A stretch of DNA of 64,000 bases from positions 11,510,784-11,574,783 of the forward strand of contig CM121341.1 of assembly GCA_051530055.1 (NCBI GenBank). The letters are read 5' to 3'. This stretch comes from Neoechinorhynchus agilis. Lineage: Eukaryota; Animalia; Acanthocephala. Within the stretch, counting starts at the first letter, position 1. Each line of letters begins with the position of its first letter. The notes beneath the pieces are model-generated. The model ran no database searches. It worked only from the letters and a program-made list of their open reading frames with translations, and was not told the origin of the DNA. A program made the position numbers and the translations under genes. Of the stretch, positions 24,860 through 40,269 are shown piece after piece.

Positions 24860-27085
24860 ATGGACGTTAATGAACTTCTCAAATATAAGCCATCCGGGCA
24901 GCCCACTGATTCTGGGGTGGATACGACATCTAAACAAAAACCGAGCGAATTGAGAAATCCTTCGGATTTAAGTGCTCTACTTGATTCCGCAAATGAATGT
25001 ACTTATGACAATCTGGATGATACCGGCATCACATTTTCTCATTTTCATTCGTTTTACTTTCAGTGAGAATGAGAAATTCGTAGGCGAATGGTAAACGTCT
25101 TGGATAAGCGTATAAATACCAATCACCAAATGAGAATAAAGTGCTCCAATACACCTGATAGATTTTTCCAATCGGAAGCTGACCTAAATGAGTCACTTAA
25201 TGAACTTCATTGTCTATCAACACTCCCAAGACTATTTCCTACTTTTATTAAACTAAATGGTCTTCGACTCCTTCTTGGTCTTATTGACCATGAAAATTTA
25301 GATATTGGAATCGGCGTTGTTGATTTGTTTCAGGAATGGTCCGAAATGGAATCTGATGACGTAGAGGATTACGGATTTTTGATTAGTGAATTGATAGACT
25401 CAGAAATTAGTACGATACTTTTAAGGTTTTTGGAAAGGTTGAACGAGAATTCAAGAGAAGAATTCGATGCTGCTTATAACGTGTTGTGTAAGTTGGTACT
25501 TTTTTCCGTGGAGTGATGGGGAATATTGAATTTTTTACAAACGTTTTGGTCTATAGTTTAATGCATAACTTTTTCAAACCCTTTTTCTTTTCCATTTTAG
25601 CAATAATCGAGAACCTCGTGGATTATAAACCAAGCTTCTGTGAAACATTGATTAATGATAAAATCCTTAGCTGGCTTTTAAAGCGAATACGCCAAAAGCC
25701 AATGGGACATAACGTTCCGGTGGCATCAAACACTAATTTCGACGGAAATAAACTTTTTTCAAGTGAATTAGTGTCGATTTTGGTCCAACAAACAAAAACT
25801 GAAATCGGCGTGAACAAGTTCGTCGAAGAAGATGGAGTTGGAATATTCCTTAAGCAGCTTTCGGTCAGTTTAAGTTGTCATTTACGAACGCGTAACACCA
25901 CCTTTTGAGTATGTTTTAGCATTATAAGAAACGCAATCCTGAGAACAACGATGAATACGAATACATGGAGAACCTGTTCACTACACTTTGCTCAGTTTGC
26001 CTTGATGGAACCGCAAGGAAAACTTTTTTTAAAGAAGAAGGATTTCAATTGATGAATATTATGATGAAAGGAAAGAAACTGTCCAGATTTGGAGCTCTTA
26101 AACTCCTTTCATATTGTCTGAATTCCGATGTACCTGAAATTGGAGTGTATTGCAATGCCTTTGTAGAAATGCTCGGACTTTGTGTCATATTTCCACTGCT
26201 GATGAAAACGCCAAGTTTACGCCATAAACAACAGGGCATCGTCCCAGCAGATTCTTATTCCCAATCACAGTTACATGAGTACATAATGACCGTTGTGAAC
26301 AGCCTTATCAAGAACTGTACTCTAGTAGCCAAAGAACGAGTTCTTCTCAAATTTTCCGAGAATCGTTTTGAGAAAATTCAAAGGTTAGTTGAGTTAGTGA
26401 TGATGTGACATTTATGGGTTTTTCTAAGGAATAGAGGAGTAGCCTTTTGAAAACAAGATAAAAATCTGCCTTTTGAAAGGGACATTTATTCCTTAAAAGG
26501 TCAGAAAGTGCTCATGTTGACGCTTAGGGAAATCATTTCCGTGATTGTAGTTAGTTGACCATATTAATTTTTGAGGTTTTGATTTCGCAAAAGAACGAAC
26601 GGCTAAATCAATATTTGGTAATCACGACCCTTAGATCACATTTTCTAGGTTTGATAAATAAAACACAGCATTGTCTTCACTTAAAGGCGACATAAAAACG
26701 CTTCAATTTCGCACCTCGGAATGTCACTCCATCTACACATACAGACAATTATAAACGCTACCATTTGGTCCGTAAGATAATCGATGACGAAAAGGCAGAT
26801 CGAATGTATCAAGCAGAGGACAATGACGAGTATTTGTTAAAAGAACTGGATGCTGGTCTTTATATTCTCTTTTTGATTGATGAAACCTTGATGATTTGCA
26901 TTGAGAAATGCGACGATAGCGTTATTAATAACTTAAAGACGGTACTTAATGTAAAACGCGTGGATATTCAGGAGGTGATTGGAGTTGTAAGGCGTTATGT
27001 CCAGTATAAGAGTCCTGGATTTACTCATGCCATCAAGGACATAGAAAAACTCATTGCACGATGTGAAGAAATATTTAAAGACTAA
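24860..27085 (+). CDS. CTNNBL1: Beta-catenin-like protein 1 (PRP19/CDC5L complex), 5 exons
   Basis: MDVNELLKYKP start, RIKCSNTPDRFFQSEADLN, LGLIDHENLDIGIGVVDLFQE, FDGNKLFSSELVSILVQ, YMENLF, LDAGLYIL. Introns 2-3 are GT-AG; introns 1 and 4 are best modelled as non-canonical. Confidence 0.95.
25031..25081 (+). other. Predicted non-canonical hairpin intron (51 nt, AC...GT)
   Basis: Contains two in-frame TGA. Removal gives LDDTGIRRMVNVLDKR, colinear with human LDESSVKKMILTFEKR. The ends pair. Confidence 0.75.
26396..26736 (+). other. Predicted non-canonical end-paired intron (341 nt, AG...AC, or GT...CA if shifted 1 nt)
   Basis: Removal gives RLVELHTDNYKRYHLVRKIIDDEK, ungapped against human RLMELHFKYLGAMQVADKKIEGEK. 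Terminal GTGACATT/AATGTCAC stem. Confidence 0.65.
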
Positions 27086-27177
27086 TAAAGACTTATTCGA
27101 GCTACAGTTGCCATTAATACTTACGCATTTGAGTGCGCTGAATGTTTTTGATGGATCGTTAAATCTTAGCCATCTAG

Positions 27178-29580
27178 AAACACGTTTTATTTAAAAGAAG
27201 AAGCACAAGTCACCGATTCTTGTACCTTAGGTATCAGTGGATTTTGTACAAAGTTGACTTGGGTTGGTTAAGTTGTAGTTGTTGTTATCTCCTCGTTCCT
27301 CCGAATCGATTCGCATTTGGAGGATTGAACGGTTGAGAAGAAAGAGCGGAGATAGAGCGCTGTTGGAGGAAGCGAAGGATAAAAAATGTTGGTTCGACGT
27401 AAGTGTTTTAAGTGTGAGTAAAAGGAGAAATCTGTGGCAGAAATTGAAGAGTAGGAAGGGAATTAAAGCGCTTTTGGAAGATTCGAGAGAGGTGTATTTC
27501 TAAGGGCAGGAGTTCGGAGGAGCAGATTAGAGCGCATATCTTGTGAAATGCAATAAGTTTTTTGAATAGATTAGAACAACTTCAAAACGTTGGATATGCG
27601 TAGGTGAGCGTTGGTAGGATGGCGTACATATAGAAGTACTTAAGGTCTTTGGAAGTTAATCCAAGGAGTCCGAAGCGCTTAAGAAGATAGAGCTTAATGG
27701 ACCCTTTTTGCAACAAAATTGATTTACTTGTCTCACTTTAGATTTTCTTGAAAATGAAGATAAAGTATACGAACAGAGGAGACACGATTGATATTAAAAG
27801 GAAGAAGTGGCTGATCGGAAGAGCTATTTGCGATTGAGGGGACGATTTCGACGCACTTAATAGAGGAGCGAAATGCTTGAACGATAATGCTAATGACACG
27901 TTATTCCTGATGAAGCGGTCAACATTTTCTGAGGATGGCAAATCCGGTAGGGGGATGTCCCATCTGGTGGGGATTGGCGGATATTATTTACAGGAGAGCT
28001 TGTGAGGTTGATCCTTTTTCAGGTTCATTTCAGGTTACGATATCCGAGAAGATTTGGCAGTATGGAAAAGGAGCGGAGGTGGAGGGAGGTGCGATGTCGA
28101 AGGGGATGAAATGAATTGGGATTACGAGTGTTGTGCTCGTATGAAAAGGGAGAGATTTGTGGAAGAAATTGTGGTGGCGGGGTTTAGAGGCGTTTTGTTT
28201 GTTTGATGAGAATCCTGTAAAGGCATTCGGCGAAAGGGGAAAATCAACTGTGCAAATTTTAGATGCTCTTTTATGAAGAATTTCACGACGACGGGTTTGA
28301 GATTTGGATAGATTGCAAAGGACCGGATAACCGTAGGTGAGGGAGGGTAAAATAAAGCTGTTGTAAAATTTGTAGAGTTTGGGTGAAGGGATTCCTAAAT
28401 GCCGAAGGCGTTTGAGGAGATAAATTTTAAAGGTGTTAAGCTTGAGGGCGAGAGTGATGTGTGAGTCCTATTTCAAGTTTGATTGAAATTGGAGACTCAG
28501 AATTCTTAGGGAGATTACTCGTTGGATGTCATTTAAAAGCTCAGGGGATGATGTTGGATTTGCGGGAGAGAGGGGATCAAATCGAAGCATTTCGAGAAAT
28601 TCAGGTGGAGTTTGTGATTGGTGCAGAAATCTATGATTTGGATGATTTCGTTAGGGGGTGGGGTGATGAATGGGTGATGGGGGTGATATCGTCGGCGTAT
28701 AAGAAGATTTTAGAGTAGCAGGAGAGAGGTTTGAAGTCATTTAGGAAAATATTAAAGAGAAGTGGTGACAGCACAGCACCTTGAGGTACGCCTTTGGTGA
28801 GGGATAGACTGATAGAAGAGGTAGAACGGCAGTGAATGTATTGTTTGCGATTGTGAAGATAAGATTCGAGCCAGCGGTGTGCCACAAGTTGAGACCAAGA
28901 TCGGAGCAGACCCGGAGAAGGAGTACATTGTCCATGGAGTCGAATGCTCTCGATAAATCAATTTGATGAGACGTGTGACGTCGGATGGATTATTGCCGAG
29001 GTTGCGTAGGAGCGCGTCATATGCTAAGACCAAAATCGGAGCAGGCCCATAGGAGTGAATGATCTACGGAGTCGAATGCTTTCGATAAATCAATTTAACG
29101 AGACGCGTGACGTCGGAGAGATTATTGTCGCGGTTGCGTAGGAGCGTATCATAAACGCAATGTAGGGCATCGGTTGCAGAAAATTTGGGCCGGAAGCCGA
29201 ACTAGTTGAGAAGTGAAAGGCGAGATTTAAAACATTTTTTCGATGATGGAATGGTTCGGCGGAAATAGGGTGTGATTTTTTTGGAAGAAGGATGGGGTAG
29301 ATGCCATATAAAAAGCTGTGATTTATAATGTGGGTAAGAAGGCCCATGAGTTCGCGGAAGATGTAGCTAAGAGTCCAGTTTGGGATTTCAGATTGAGAGC
29401 ACGAATTTCGAGGTAATTTCTTGAGATTCTGTAGTATTTCGTATAACGACACTGAGCGGAGTATCGGCAGGTTGACCAAGGTTTCAGGTGTGGGCGTGAA
29501 AGATTGCGTGGAGTCTGAGACGGAGCAGCGACTGTAAATTGAGCCAGGACAGAGGTTCTCATAGATGGAGTCTAAAACCT
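27178..29580 (-). mobile_element. CR1/L2-group LINE (RT and 3' region), degenerate, with an internal duplication of about 130 bp
   Basis: RAFDSMD...HRWLESYLHNRKQYI...KGVPQGAVLSPLLFNIFLND...LYADD. Segments 28938-29025 and 29068-29155 are duplicates. Confidence 0.88.
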
Positions 29581-30047
29581 GTCTTAATTAAGAAGAGGAT
29601 AAATTAGGGAAGGGATAAGGGTTGCGAAGACCAAGAGAGTTCTATCAAAAACAAAAGTTTTTCCCATAGTTCGTACCAAAATCTTCAGAAAAACTTAATT
29701 TTCTGAAAATCGAAAATTTCAACCTGAATACTTCAATCATTGCAACAATGTTCGATTTGCCTCAGAATCATTAAATGAGCAGTACGCTTTAAAATGAGAA
29801 TCTCTGGGCCACTTTTTGAATTTACATTGTTTCTTCTGCTTAAAAAGACACGGAGCTGAGTGGTGTAAAATGCATCCGTTGATGTGCAACAAATCTCGGC
29901 GTTAGTCTAGAATAAAGTGCGTCTTTTCTCCATCTCACTGAATCTCTATGCTTCTTATGACGAATTGTTTTCCGACAGAGCTCGAGAAGTATAAGTGAAC
30001 CACACAAAGGTGAGTTCGCGGGTTGGTGTCTTGCTTTTTGAACGACG

Positions 30048-30995
30048 ATGGATCCAAACCATCTCGCAACCGACTTGATGCAATGCGAGTTTATCTTTAC
30101 AGCAAATGTCGATCAATCAATAGGTCAAATGGTTTCAAAATCACTGCCACCAATCCATCATAAAAAACTCAGTTTCCAAAATAAAAAGTTCATTAGAGGA
30201 GGTCCACATGAGAATGGACACGGTGATGTCGAGGAGTACGGATTTCAAGCTCGCCAAATGGAAGAGCCGGTATTTGCTACGGATGTTAAATACGTCGTTG
30301 GAGGGCATATCAATGAGGGTTATCCAGTTATCGACGTTATCCAGAAAGCCAACGATGGCGAAATAATGCAGCTCTTGATGGAATTACCATCAATCCCATG
30401 CGGTTGGACACGTACTCATAGCGGATGGGTTTCTCCATTTCCTAAGACTATGACTGAGCCTCGATGGTACAACGATCAAAAGTATTATGCAAAGGTGAAG
30501 TGCTGCCAAACTCGACGACCGGCGATGTACTGTGGCGAAGGTGTGGATTTAAAAGTAGAACAAGTTCGTAGTGGTGATCCGGCACTCCAATATTCAGCTC
30601 CTTATGGGGACGGTGAATTCATTGTCAGTGTAGCGAATATTAGCTCATCGCCTATTGAGGTTGAAGCCCTTCTCAGTGATCAGAACGGTCATATTTCTTG
30701 GGAAGATTCACTCGTATTGATTGATGAATTAAGTTCTAAAGCATGCGTGTTTCCTAGAGCTGCAACAAAGTCAGATCTCCGTCCAACTATTCTTCAACCG
30801 GGAGAGGTGAGGAGAACACGAATGAATGTTTTATCCTTAAAGGGCAGCGAGGAGTGGAAGAGTGGTGGAATTAGAGTTTATTTTAAACTATGCTTGGGAA
30901 ATATTTGCAGATCATCATTTTTCTACTATTTCTCGTCCAGACATGAACCAATGCATGAAGCGCAATTGGGCAAACCGGCGTTTACACCCGTCTAA
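30048..30995 (+). CDS. Intronless 315-aa hypothetical protein
   Basis: Long clean ORF with globular composition. No animal family recognised. Confidence 0.8.
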   Translation: MDPNHLATDLMQCEFIFTANVDQSIGQMVSKSLPPIHHKKLSFQNKKFIRGGPHENGHGDVEEYGFQARQMEEPVFATDVKYVVGGHINEGYPVIDVIQKANDGEIMQLLMELPSIPCGWTRTHSGWVSPFPKTMTEPRWYNDQKYYAKVKCCQTRRPAMYCGEGVDLKVEQVRSGDPALQYSAPYGDGEFIVSVANISSSPIEVEALLSDQNGHISWEDSLVLIDELSSKACVFPRAATKSDLRPTILQPGEVRRTRMNVLSLKGSEEWKSGGIRVYFKLCLGNICRSSFFYYFSSRHEPMHEAQLGKPAFTPV

Positions 30996-31192
30996 GATTT
31001 AATGGAATAAAAAATAAATCATCTCTTTTGACTTTGAGAGGTAATCAATGCTCAGAAAAACAACAATCCACTAATAGTCTGCTTCAGGCAGCTCGCGGTC
31101 AGTTTAAGTTTGCATTTACGAGCACCTAACACTACATTTGGACTTTCTTTTTGAAGTTTTTCCACCCGCGGGATTTAAATTCACTCAATTTA

Positions 31193-31703
31193 TTTCCGAT
31201 ATTTGACGTTGGATAATACCGACATTTCTCCAAGGTTTGTCATCTAAAACACAAACATTAGCGTTATCCTACTGACTGGTTATCATCGGGTAACATGTTC
31301 GCCAAACTGACCAGCTTATTAGCAGCTAAATTTATAAATTCTGGAATCGGGACATTTGCGAATAAGGACACTACATTAGCGGTATAAAAACTTAGTTCCT
31401 TGGCAGTGCTCATAGTCGTTTATGCTCAATCTGAGCAATCACAAAATTTCTAGGAGATTGAACCCAAGCATGATTGTTGTGTACGGCAAAGACGATCATC
31501 CAATTCGAGGATCTCTAGCTACAATCCAAGCTGAGCTGTTCATACGAATTGCCATTGAAAAGGCTGGATGCTCTAGCTTAGAGGTTCCAGTGGACAATGA
31601 GTCCAACAACGGGAGTTCGACGAACATGTTAACGCTAATGTTTGTGTTTTGGATGACAAACCTTGGAGAAATGTCGGTATTATCCAACGTCAAATATCGG
31701 AAA
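31193..31703. repeat. 74-bp near-perfect inverted repeat (31193-31266 / 31630-31703)
   Basis: TTTCCGATATTTGACGTTGGATAATACCGACATTTCTCCAAGGTTTGTCATC... appears on both strands. Confidence 0.85.
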
Positions 31704-32059
31704 AAAATCCCCGGCATTTAATAATGCCCAATTCTCTTCCTTCTGTGGACAATACGAACATCCATTCTCGATCGTAGCAGCAGCTTTCGAACGTTACTGG
31801 TGAAATTTTTACTGATATATTTTTATTTTGAGAATCGGCTTTCCGCCATATCAATTCGAGTGAACGATCATCCTGTTGGAGCCACACGATCTCCTTTTGA
31901 CGTTGATATCCATTATTCTCGAAAATTGCGTTTTTTCTGTCTATCGCAAATCGTTTATTCGTTAATGACGGTGAGCAAATCAATAATGAGAATCTCGATG
32001 CATAACTATCCTTTTACGGCGATGAATCCACCGGCGCTAGCGGCAAACCCAGTTTTTGG

Positions 32060-32700
32060 CTTTTATTCATTTCTTCATCTGAAGAAGGCAAGCCGCTCAT
32101 TGGTTTAAAAAACGATGCAATTCGTCGCAAATCAAGTTTTGCCTTGAAAAGCTTTGATGTTTTTGGATTTCAATCAACCCCGATGCTACCGAAAAAGTTA
32201 AGAAAGTTCTCGTTCAGAGTTGAAGACTTGTCATTGGATTTACAAGATCAAATCTGCGAACACTTCAACAAGACTGATGATGAAGTGTCTCTGCTGTAGT
32301 ATCTTCAAGTTAAGAAATCCACAGACATTAGTGGCAAAGCTCAACTGACAGCTTTATTCATTTCTTCACCTGAAGAAGGCAAGCAGCTCATTGGTTTAAA
32401 AAACGATGCAGTTCGTCGCAAATCAAGTTTTGCCTTGAAAAGCTTTGATGTTTTTGGATTTCAATCAACCCCGATGCTACCGAAAAAATTAAGAAAGTTC
32501 CCGTTCAGAGTTGAAGACTTGTCATTGGATTTACAAGATCAAATCTGCGAACACTTCAACGAGATTGATGATGAAGTGTCTCTGTTGTAGTATCTTCAAG
32601 CTAAGAAATCCACAGACATTAGTGGCTAAGCTCAACTGACAGCTTTTATTCATTTCTTCATCTGAAGAAGGCAAGCCGCTCATTTGTTTAAGAAAACGAT
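32060..32700 (+). mobile_element. hAT (Buster/Charlie/ZBED5-like) transposase fragment in a tandem repeat of about 292 bp x 2.2
   Basis: RVEDLSLDLQDQIC...LQVKKSTDISGKAQLTAFI resembles RIxDMSxDIxxQL...LQLDESTDVxGxAQLLxFVR. Anchor GAAGAAGGCAAG at 32081, 32372 and 32664. Confidence 0.7.
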
Positions 32701-33146
32701 GCAATTCGTAAGTTAGATTTTGGCTAGAAAAGCTGAGACGTCCGACCTTGGACGTTGTGACTGGGATACTTGCATATAAAGTACGAAATCGGACACTATG
32801 ACGCTTCTTCGTGGTGGGTTGATCCGGCATATTTATTAGTTTCTTCCAATGTTGCTTGAGTTTTCGCAATTTTTTTATTATTAATATGCCCTTTTTTGAC
32901 ATCAGACGACTAAATATTTCATTTTTCCGTAGCGCAAAAAGGATTTATTGTGAGTGCCATTGTTTTGTAAATGATCCGAATAGCATGCTTATTAAAGAAT
33001 GGTTCAGTGTCACTGCGAACTCGCTTGAGAGTATGAAATCATTCGCCCGTTCAAAGTACGACACCTTCTCATTCCCATTTTAACAATTTTTAACGCACCG
33101 TAAAAAATTAGTTTTAAAAAAGACATCGATGCTTAAGTTAATACTT

Positions 33147-35069
33147 TTAGAAATCGTAAATTGTTTCTATACTTGTATTATAGATTCCAATTGTATGCAA
33201 AGATTGAAGAGTTTTGAAAGGTTTACTGTAAAATTCACGTATCGGATTGCTGGAAATATTAAGAATCTGCAAACTCTTCAGTTCACACAAATGATGGGAT
33301 GGAAAGAACGGGAATCCATTATTTGCCATATGAAGAAAGATGAGTTGATCAAGACCGAAAAATAAGAAAAAATCGTCTATATCTTTCAATCGATTATTGG
33401 CAAGGTCGAGCATCTTTAACCGAGGAGTGTTTCTAAATGCCCTAGGAGTTATTTTCTGAATCCGATTAAACTGCAAACAAAGAAATTCAAGATTTCTCAA
33501 GTCTTGAAAATCGTCGTAATTGATTGCGGATATCTCATTATGACTCAAATCGACTGAGAACGCATTGCCATGGATAAACAATCGGACATCTTGTATTCGG
33601 GTCAAATTTTTCCATGTTAGTAGAGTAAAATTTGTTGAAACATTATAGACTGTAATCCCATCGTTTACATTAGCAGCCAATCGTGTCGGTTCAGGCATAT
33701 ATTTTGCAAGATCATGCAACGTAAAAAGTGTATCCCCAATGTTATTTTTATCGTATATTAGAACATAAAAGGGATTATGTTTTACAAGACAATAATCGAT
33801 CGTTTTAGAATGCAGTGAATCTGAAACCATGCCTCTCAGTGAATTTTGGGACACGTCCAGGAACCGCAAATGTTTCACGTTTTTAAAAAGATCTTCCTGG
33901 AGGACAGATAACTTTGTATTTGTTAATATAAGTTGATCAAGTAATTCGTTGTTTCGAAAAATTCCCGATGGAAGCAAGTACAACTCATTTTGCCCGAGGT
34001 TAAGTATTTCAAGTTTTTTCAGCGGATAAAATGCAACTTCGGATATCTGTGTGATTCTGTTCCATGACAGGTCCAATTGTCTAACATTCATCCACGAAAC
34101 AAAGCTGTTACACTTGATTATTTCTATGCGATTTCTTCTTAGAATTAACATCTCAGTCCGATTGTTTCCACGTGGAACTTCTTTGAGATTCGAACCAAAT
34201 ATCTTCACAAGTTTGACTTCTGGCATTCTGGCTAGAATTCCCGAATCCAAACGTCGAGGGATTCGGCCGTGTACAGCGAATTTCATCAATTTTTCGAATT
34301 GAAATTCATCTTTGAACAATTGGTTTAAATCTCGTTGGTATGAAAATTCTAGAATTTTAAGATTCTTAAGTTTAGCCAATCGACTTAAATTTATCTCATT
34401 TAAAAGGTTATCTGTGATCCGTATATTTTCCAGTCTATCAAAGTTGAATTCATCGGTTAGCACGAATCGCCCAATTAAATTATTGGACAAATCTAAAACC
34501 TTCAACATTTTCATCCTCTCGACAACATTGATGCAGTCATTACTTAAACTATTATGCGACAAGTGTAAGGATTGAAGATTGCGAAGATCGACGTGCATAT
34601 TTGATCCCAACTGCCACAAACCATTTTCGCTCAAATCGAGATCGGTCAGATTGTAAAAGCCTTTAAATGCATCATCCTCGATATATCCAAATCTTGCGTT
34701 TTTGATTTGAAGCCTTCTAGAATAAATGAATTTATGCATAAGAGATCTCGTGATGGTAATAATCTCATCTTGATTTCTTCTACAAAATATTGATACGTCT
34801 GCAGCGACGGGGATGATGTGATCGTTACTGTTTACAATATCATAGAAAAAAGCTAACTCTATTTTTATTCGATTGATTGATCTTTTTGTTTCTATACTGC
34901 TCAAAACACTTGATAGCGACTTGCTGGATTTAATTGTTGGGCACACAATGTACACTGCGTCGTATTTTTGGTATTGAAGTGAACAACGATTTAGCCCATC
35001 ATTTCCATAGCAAATGCTTAATCCGAGAATTAGAACGAGCGACGCTTTCACAAAAGACAGAATGGTCAT
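33147..35069 (-). CDS. Secreted leucine-rich-repeat protein (TLR-ectodomain-like), single exon
   Basis: Signal peptide MTILSFVKASLVLILGLSICYG followed by many LxxLxLxxN repeats. No TM segment or TIR within the ORF. Confidence 0.9.
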   Translation of the reverse strand: MTILSFVKASLVLILGLSICYGNDGLNRCSLQYQKYDAVYIVCPTIKSSKSLSSVLSSIETKRSINRIKIELAFFYDIVNSNDHIIPVAADVSIFCRRNQDEIITITRSLMHKFIYSRRLQIKNARFGYIEDDAFKGFYNLTDLDLSENGLWQLGSNMHVDLRNLQSLHLSHNSLSNDCINVVERMKMLKVLDLSNNLIGRFVLTDEFNFDRLENIRITDNLLNEINLSRLAKLKNLKILEFSYQRDLNQLFKDEFQFEKLMKFAVHGRIPRRLDSGILARMPEVKLVKIFGSNLKEVPRGNNRTEMLILRRNRIEIIKCNSFVSWMNVRQLDLSWNRITQISEVAFYPLKKLEILNLGQNELYLLPSGIFRNNELLDQLILTNTKLSVLQEDLFKNVKHLRFLDVSQNSLRGMVSDSLHSKTIDYCLVKHNPFYVLIYDKNNIGDTLFTLHDLAKYMPEPTRLAANVNDGITVYNVSTNFTLLTWKNLTRIQDVRLFIHGNAFSVDLSHNEISAINYDDFQDLRNLEFLCLQFNRIQKITPRAFRNTPRLKMLDLANNRLKDIDDFFLFFGLDQLIFLHMANNGFPFFPSHHLCELKSLQILNISSNPIREFYSKPFKTLQSLHTIGIYNTSIETIYDF

Positions 35070-35949
35070 TTTAGTTAGAGAGAAATATAAAACTCTTATC
35101 GTTTGCTTTTTATATGAAAAGTGGATTTAAAGCGTCAAATTTGATGTACATTTGTCTACTGCCCTTTCGACGGTTTTCTCTCCTTTGCCCATTTTAGTTT
35201 GATGTCAAAAAGGATTACATCATTTCTTATTGTACAGAAAACTCAATGTTTTTAGGGTTTCTCTTTTATCTCAAAAGACATTTCGATGTCTTATCAAATA
35301 CTGCGAGCCTCTTGTGATTTAGGCGATCGATGGTGATCGCTATTTTTTGCAACACAATGAACAACGTTTAATATCGCAGAATACGGCGAATCGCGATTAA
35401 TTTTTCTTGTTTCATTCAAAAGCTTGTCTCTTAAAAGAACCTAATTTTTCAAACTCGACTGAAGTCCTAATCAAATTATTTTATTGAGTATAATCGAAGG
35501 CCAAATAAAGTATCTTAAATTTGGAAAGAATAGTTTAAATGATAATTTTGCTTTACTTGCGCTCGCTTAAATTTGTGAACTCATTGGGATTATTTGCGTC
35601 AAAATATATTAAAAGGAGCTTGCATGTGAAACTCGGTCAAAGTGCTTTTATGAAGAAAATTAAGGAAATTGTGAAGACTGCGCTAAAAATTGTGCCAATA
35701 TTTTTAAACGCGTAAGTTGAACGAAGACTAATAAAAGCAAAATAGACGTTTACATTAATTTTTGCTTAAAAGGTCGGCCCATGCTCCTTTCGAAAGCAAC
35801 AGAACAACCAATAATCACGAAGCATCAACCAATTGCGATGTACATGTTTTTTGCGCTCTATGCTTTAATAATTTTTCATTAATCGCAAATTCGACGTCGA
35901 AAAAGTGGATCCAAATGTTTCGGCTCCGGCAAACCACATTCGAGTATCC

Positions 35950-36900
35950 TTCTTGCAATCAATGAGATGTGCCAGGAAAATGTTACACCAACAATCGATC
36001 CAATCAATGAGGATTTGGCTGCGCTACGAAACCTCCTAGCACAGAACGCTCGCTTAATCCGATGTATTCTTCGTCAGCGAGATTTATGATAGTGGTGAAA
36101 CTCGGAGACTTGATCGAGGCGGTTAATGAAGAGCCTCCAGGCGAAATCCTGTAGATACTCCTTCTCGGGTTCGCTAAAACTTCATTGCGTGTTCCGTGAG
36201 TGCAACCTCTTTAAGCTACCCGATTAACGCTGCAAGTACTTCCTATACTATTCTGTCAATTGTAGTGTCCAAGAGTCCTCGAACTAAGCGTTCGGAAGAC
36301 GAAGATCTGAAAAATTAGAGGACGGTGGCATCCGCGGTGCTATTTGACTGCTTGCATGGATAAGCTCCTTCGTCCGGACCAACAAATTATCGAAATGCTT
36401 CGAGCTCCATTGACGAAGATGAGCAAACCAGCGTTGTCCTGTGCATCTCAACATCAAGGATTATGGGAATCTCTATGCATGACTAACCTTTTACGGTTTG
36501 CGATACCAACTGAAATCAGTGACCTGATTAACTTTGGAGCACAAATTGATGAAAGGCAGATAATCCGATGGTTTGTCCCGAATCACCTTAATCTCACTAG
36601 TAAAATCCATAGAACTAAACCTATTCTAAACGTTATCTATCTCCCCAGTTTTTTTCTGTAGGTGAACGACACATCGTCCACCGCACAGCGGAGATAAATT
36701 TGACTCGATGTTAAATGTGGGAAATTGCATTGCTTTTCTAAATCATCGAGGAAAATCATTACCAAGGCGGGACCAATGCTGCTTCCCATTGAAAGCCCAT
36801 GGATTTGTCTATAAAGTCGGTCGTTATATCAAAAGAGATTGCACTCTAAAATCATTGGCGGTTCTTGAGTACTCGTATCGCTCCTTCATTGTATGACGTT
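35950..36900 (-). mobile_element. Penelope-like retroelement remnant (RT, thumb and GIY-YIG)
   Basis: By-eye translation QIHGLSMGSSIGPALVMIFLDDLEK...AVDD...YLPFINL...HRDSHNP...SIYRISP...YIGLSERS, with stops. Confidence 0.8.
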
Positions 36901-37052
36901 AGCTGGCTAGCTTCGGAAGAACTGGTGATTGTCGAAGCCATTGATTGTTCATTAGGTTTTGCGAAAATTTCGTTATTCTCCTTGGTACCTTTTTTTATTT
37001 TGTAAAAACATGACATTGAGACGTTATTTAAGTTTTTTTAGACGAAGCTTCG

Positions 37053-40103
<3,051 letters not shown>

Positions 40104-40269
40104 TCAAGTGTAAAAAAAATCTTTACATTTTTATTGTTTTTCAAAAGAAAAAGATCGAATATTGTTATTAATGTTTCGGTTACCTAATTTTTAAGTCCTA
40201 CCATTAGGACGAACTGTGGTTTCCATAGCAACGCACCCCACGGTATTTACACAATTTGATTTTTCGAAA

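Noticed and set aside
25064-25072. TGA readthrough or recoding in CTNNBL1
   Set aside because: It would add 17 residues absent from homologues, TGA terminates other genes here (DDX41, POLD3, MRPL1), and the segment is a hairpin.
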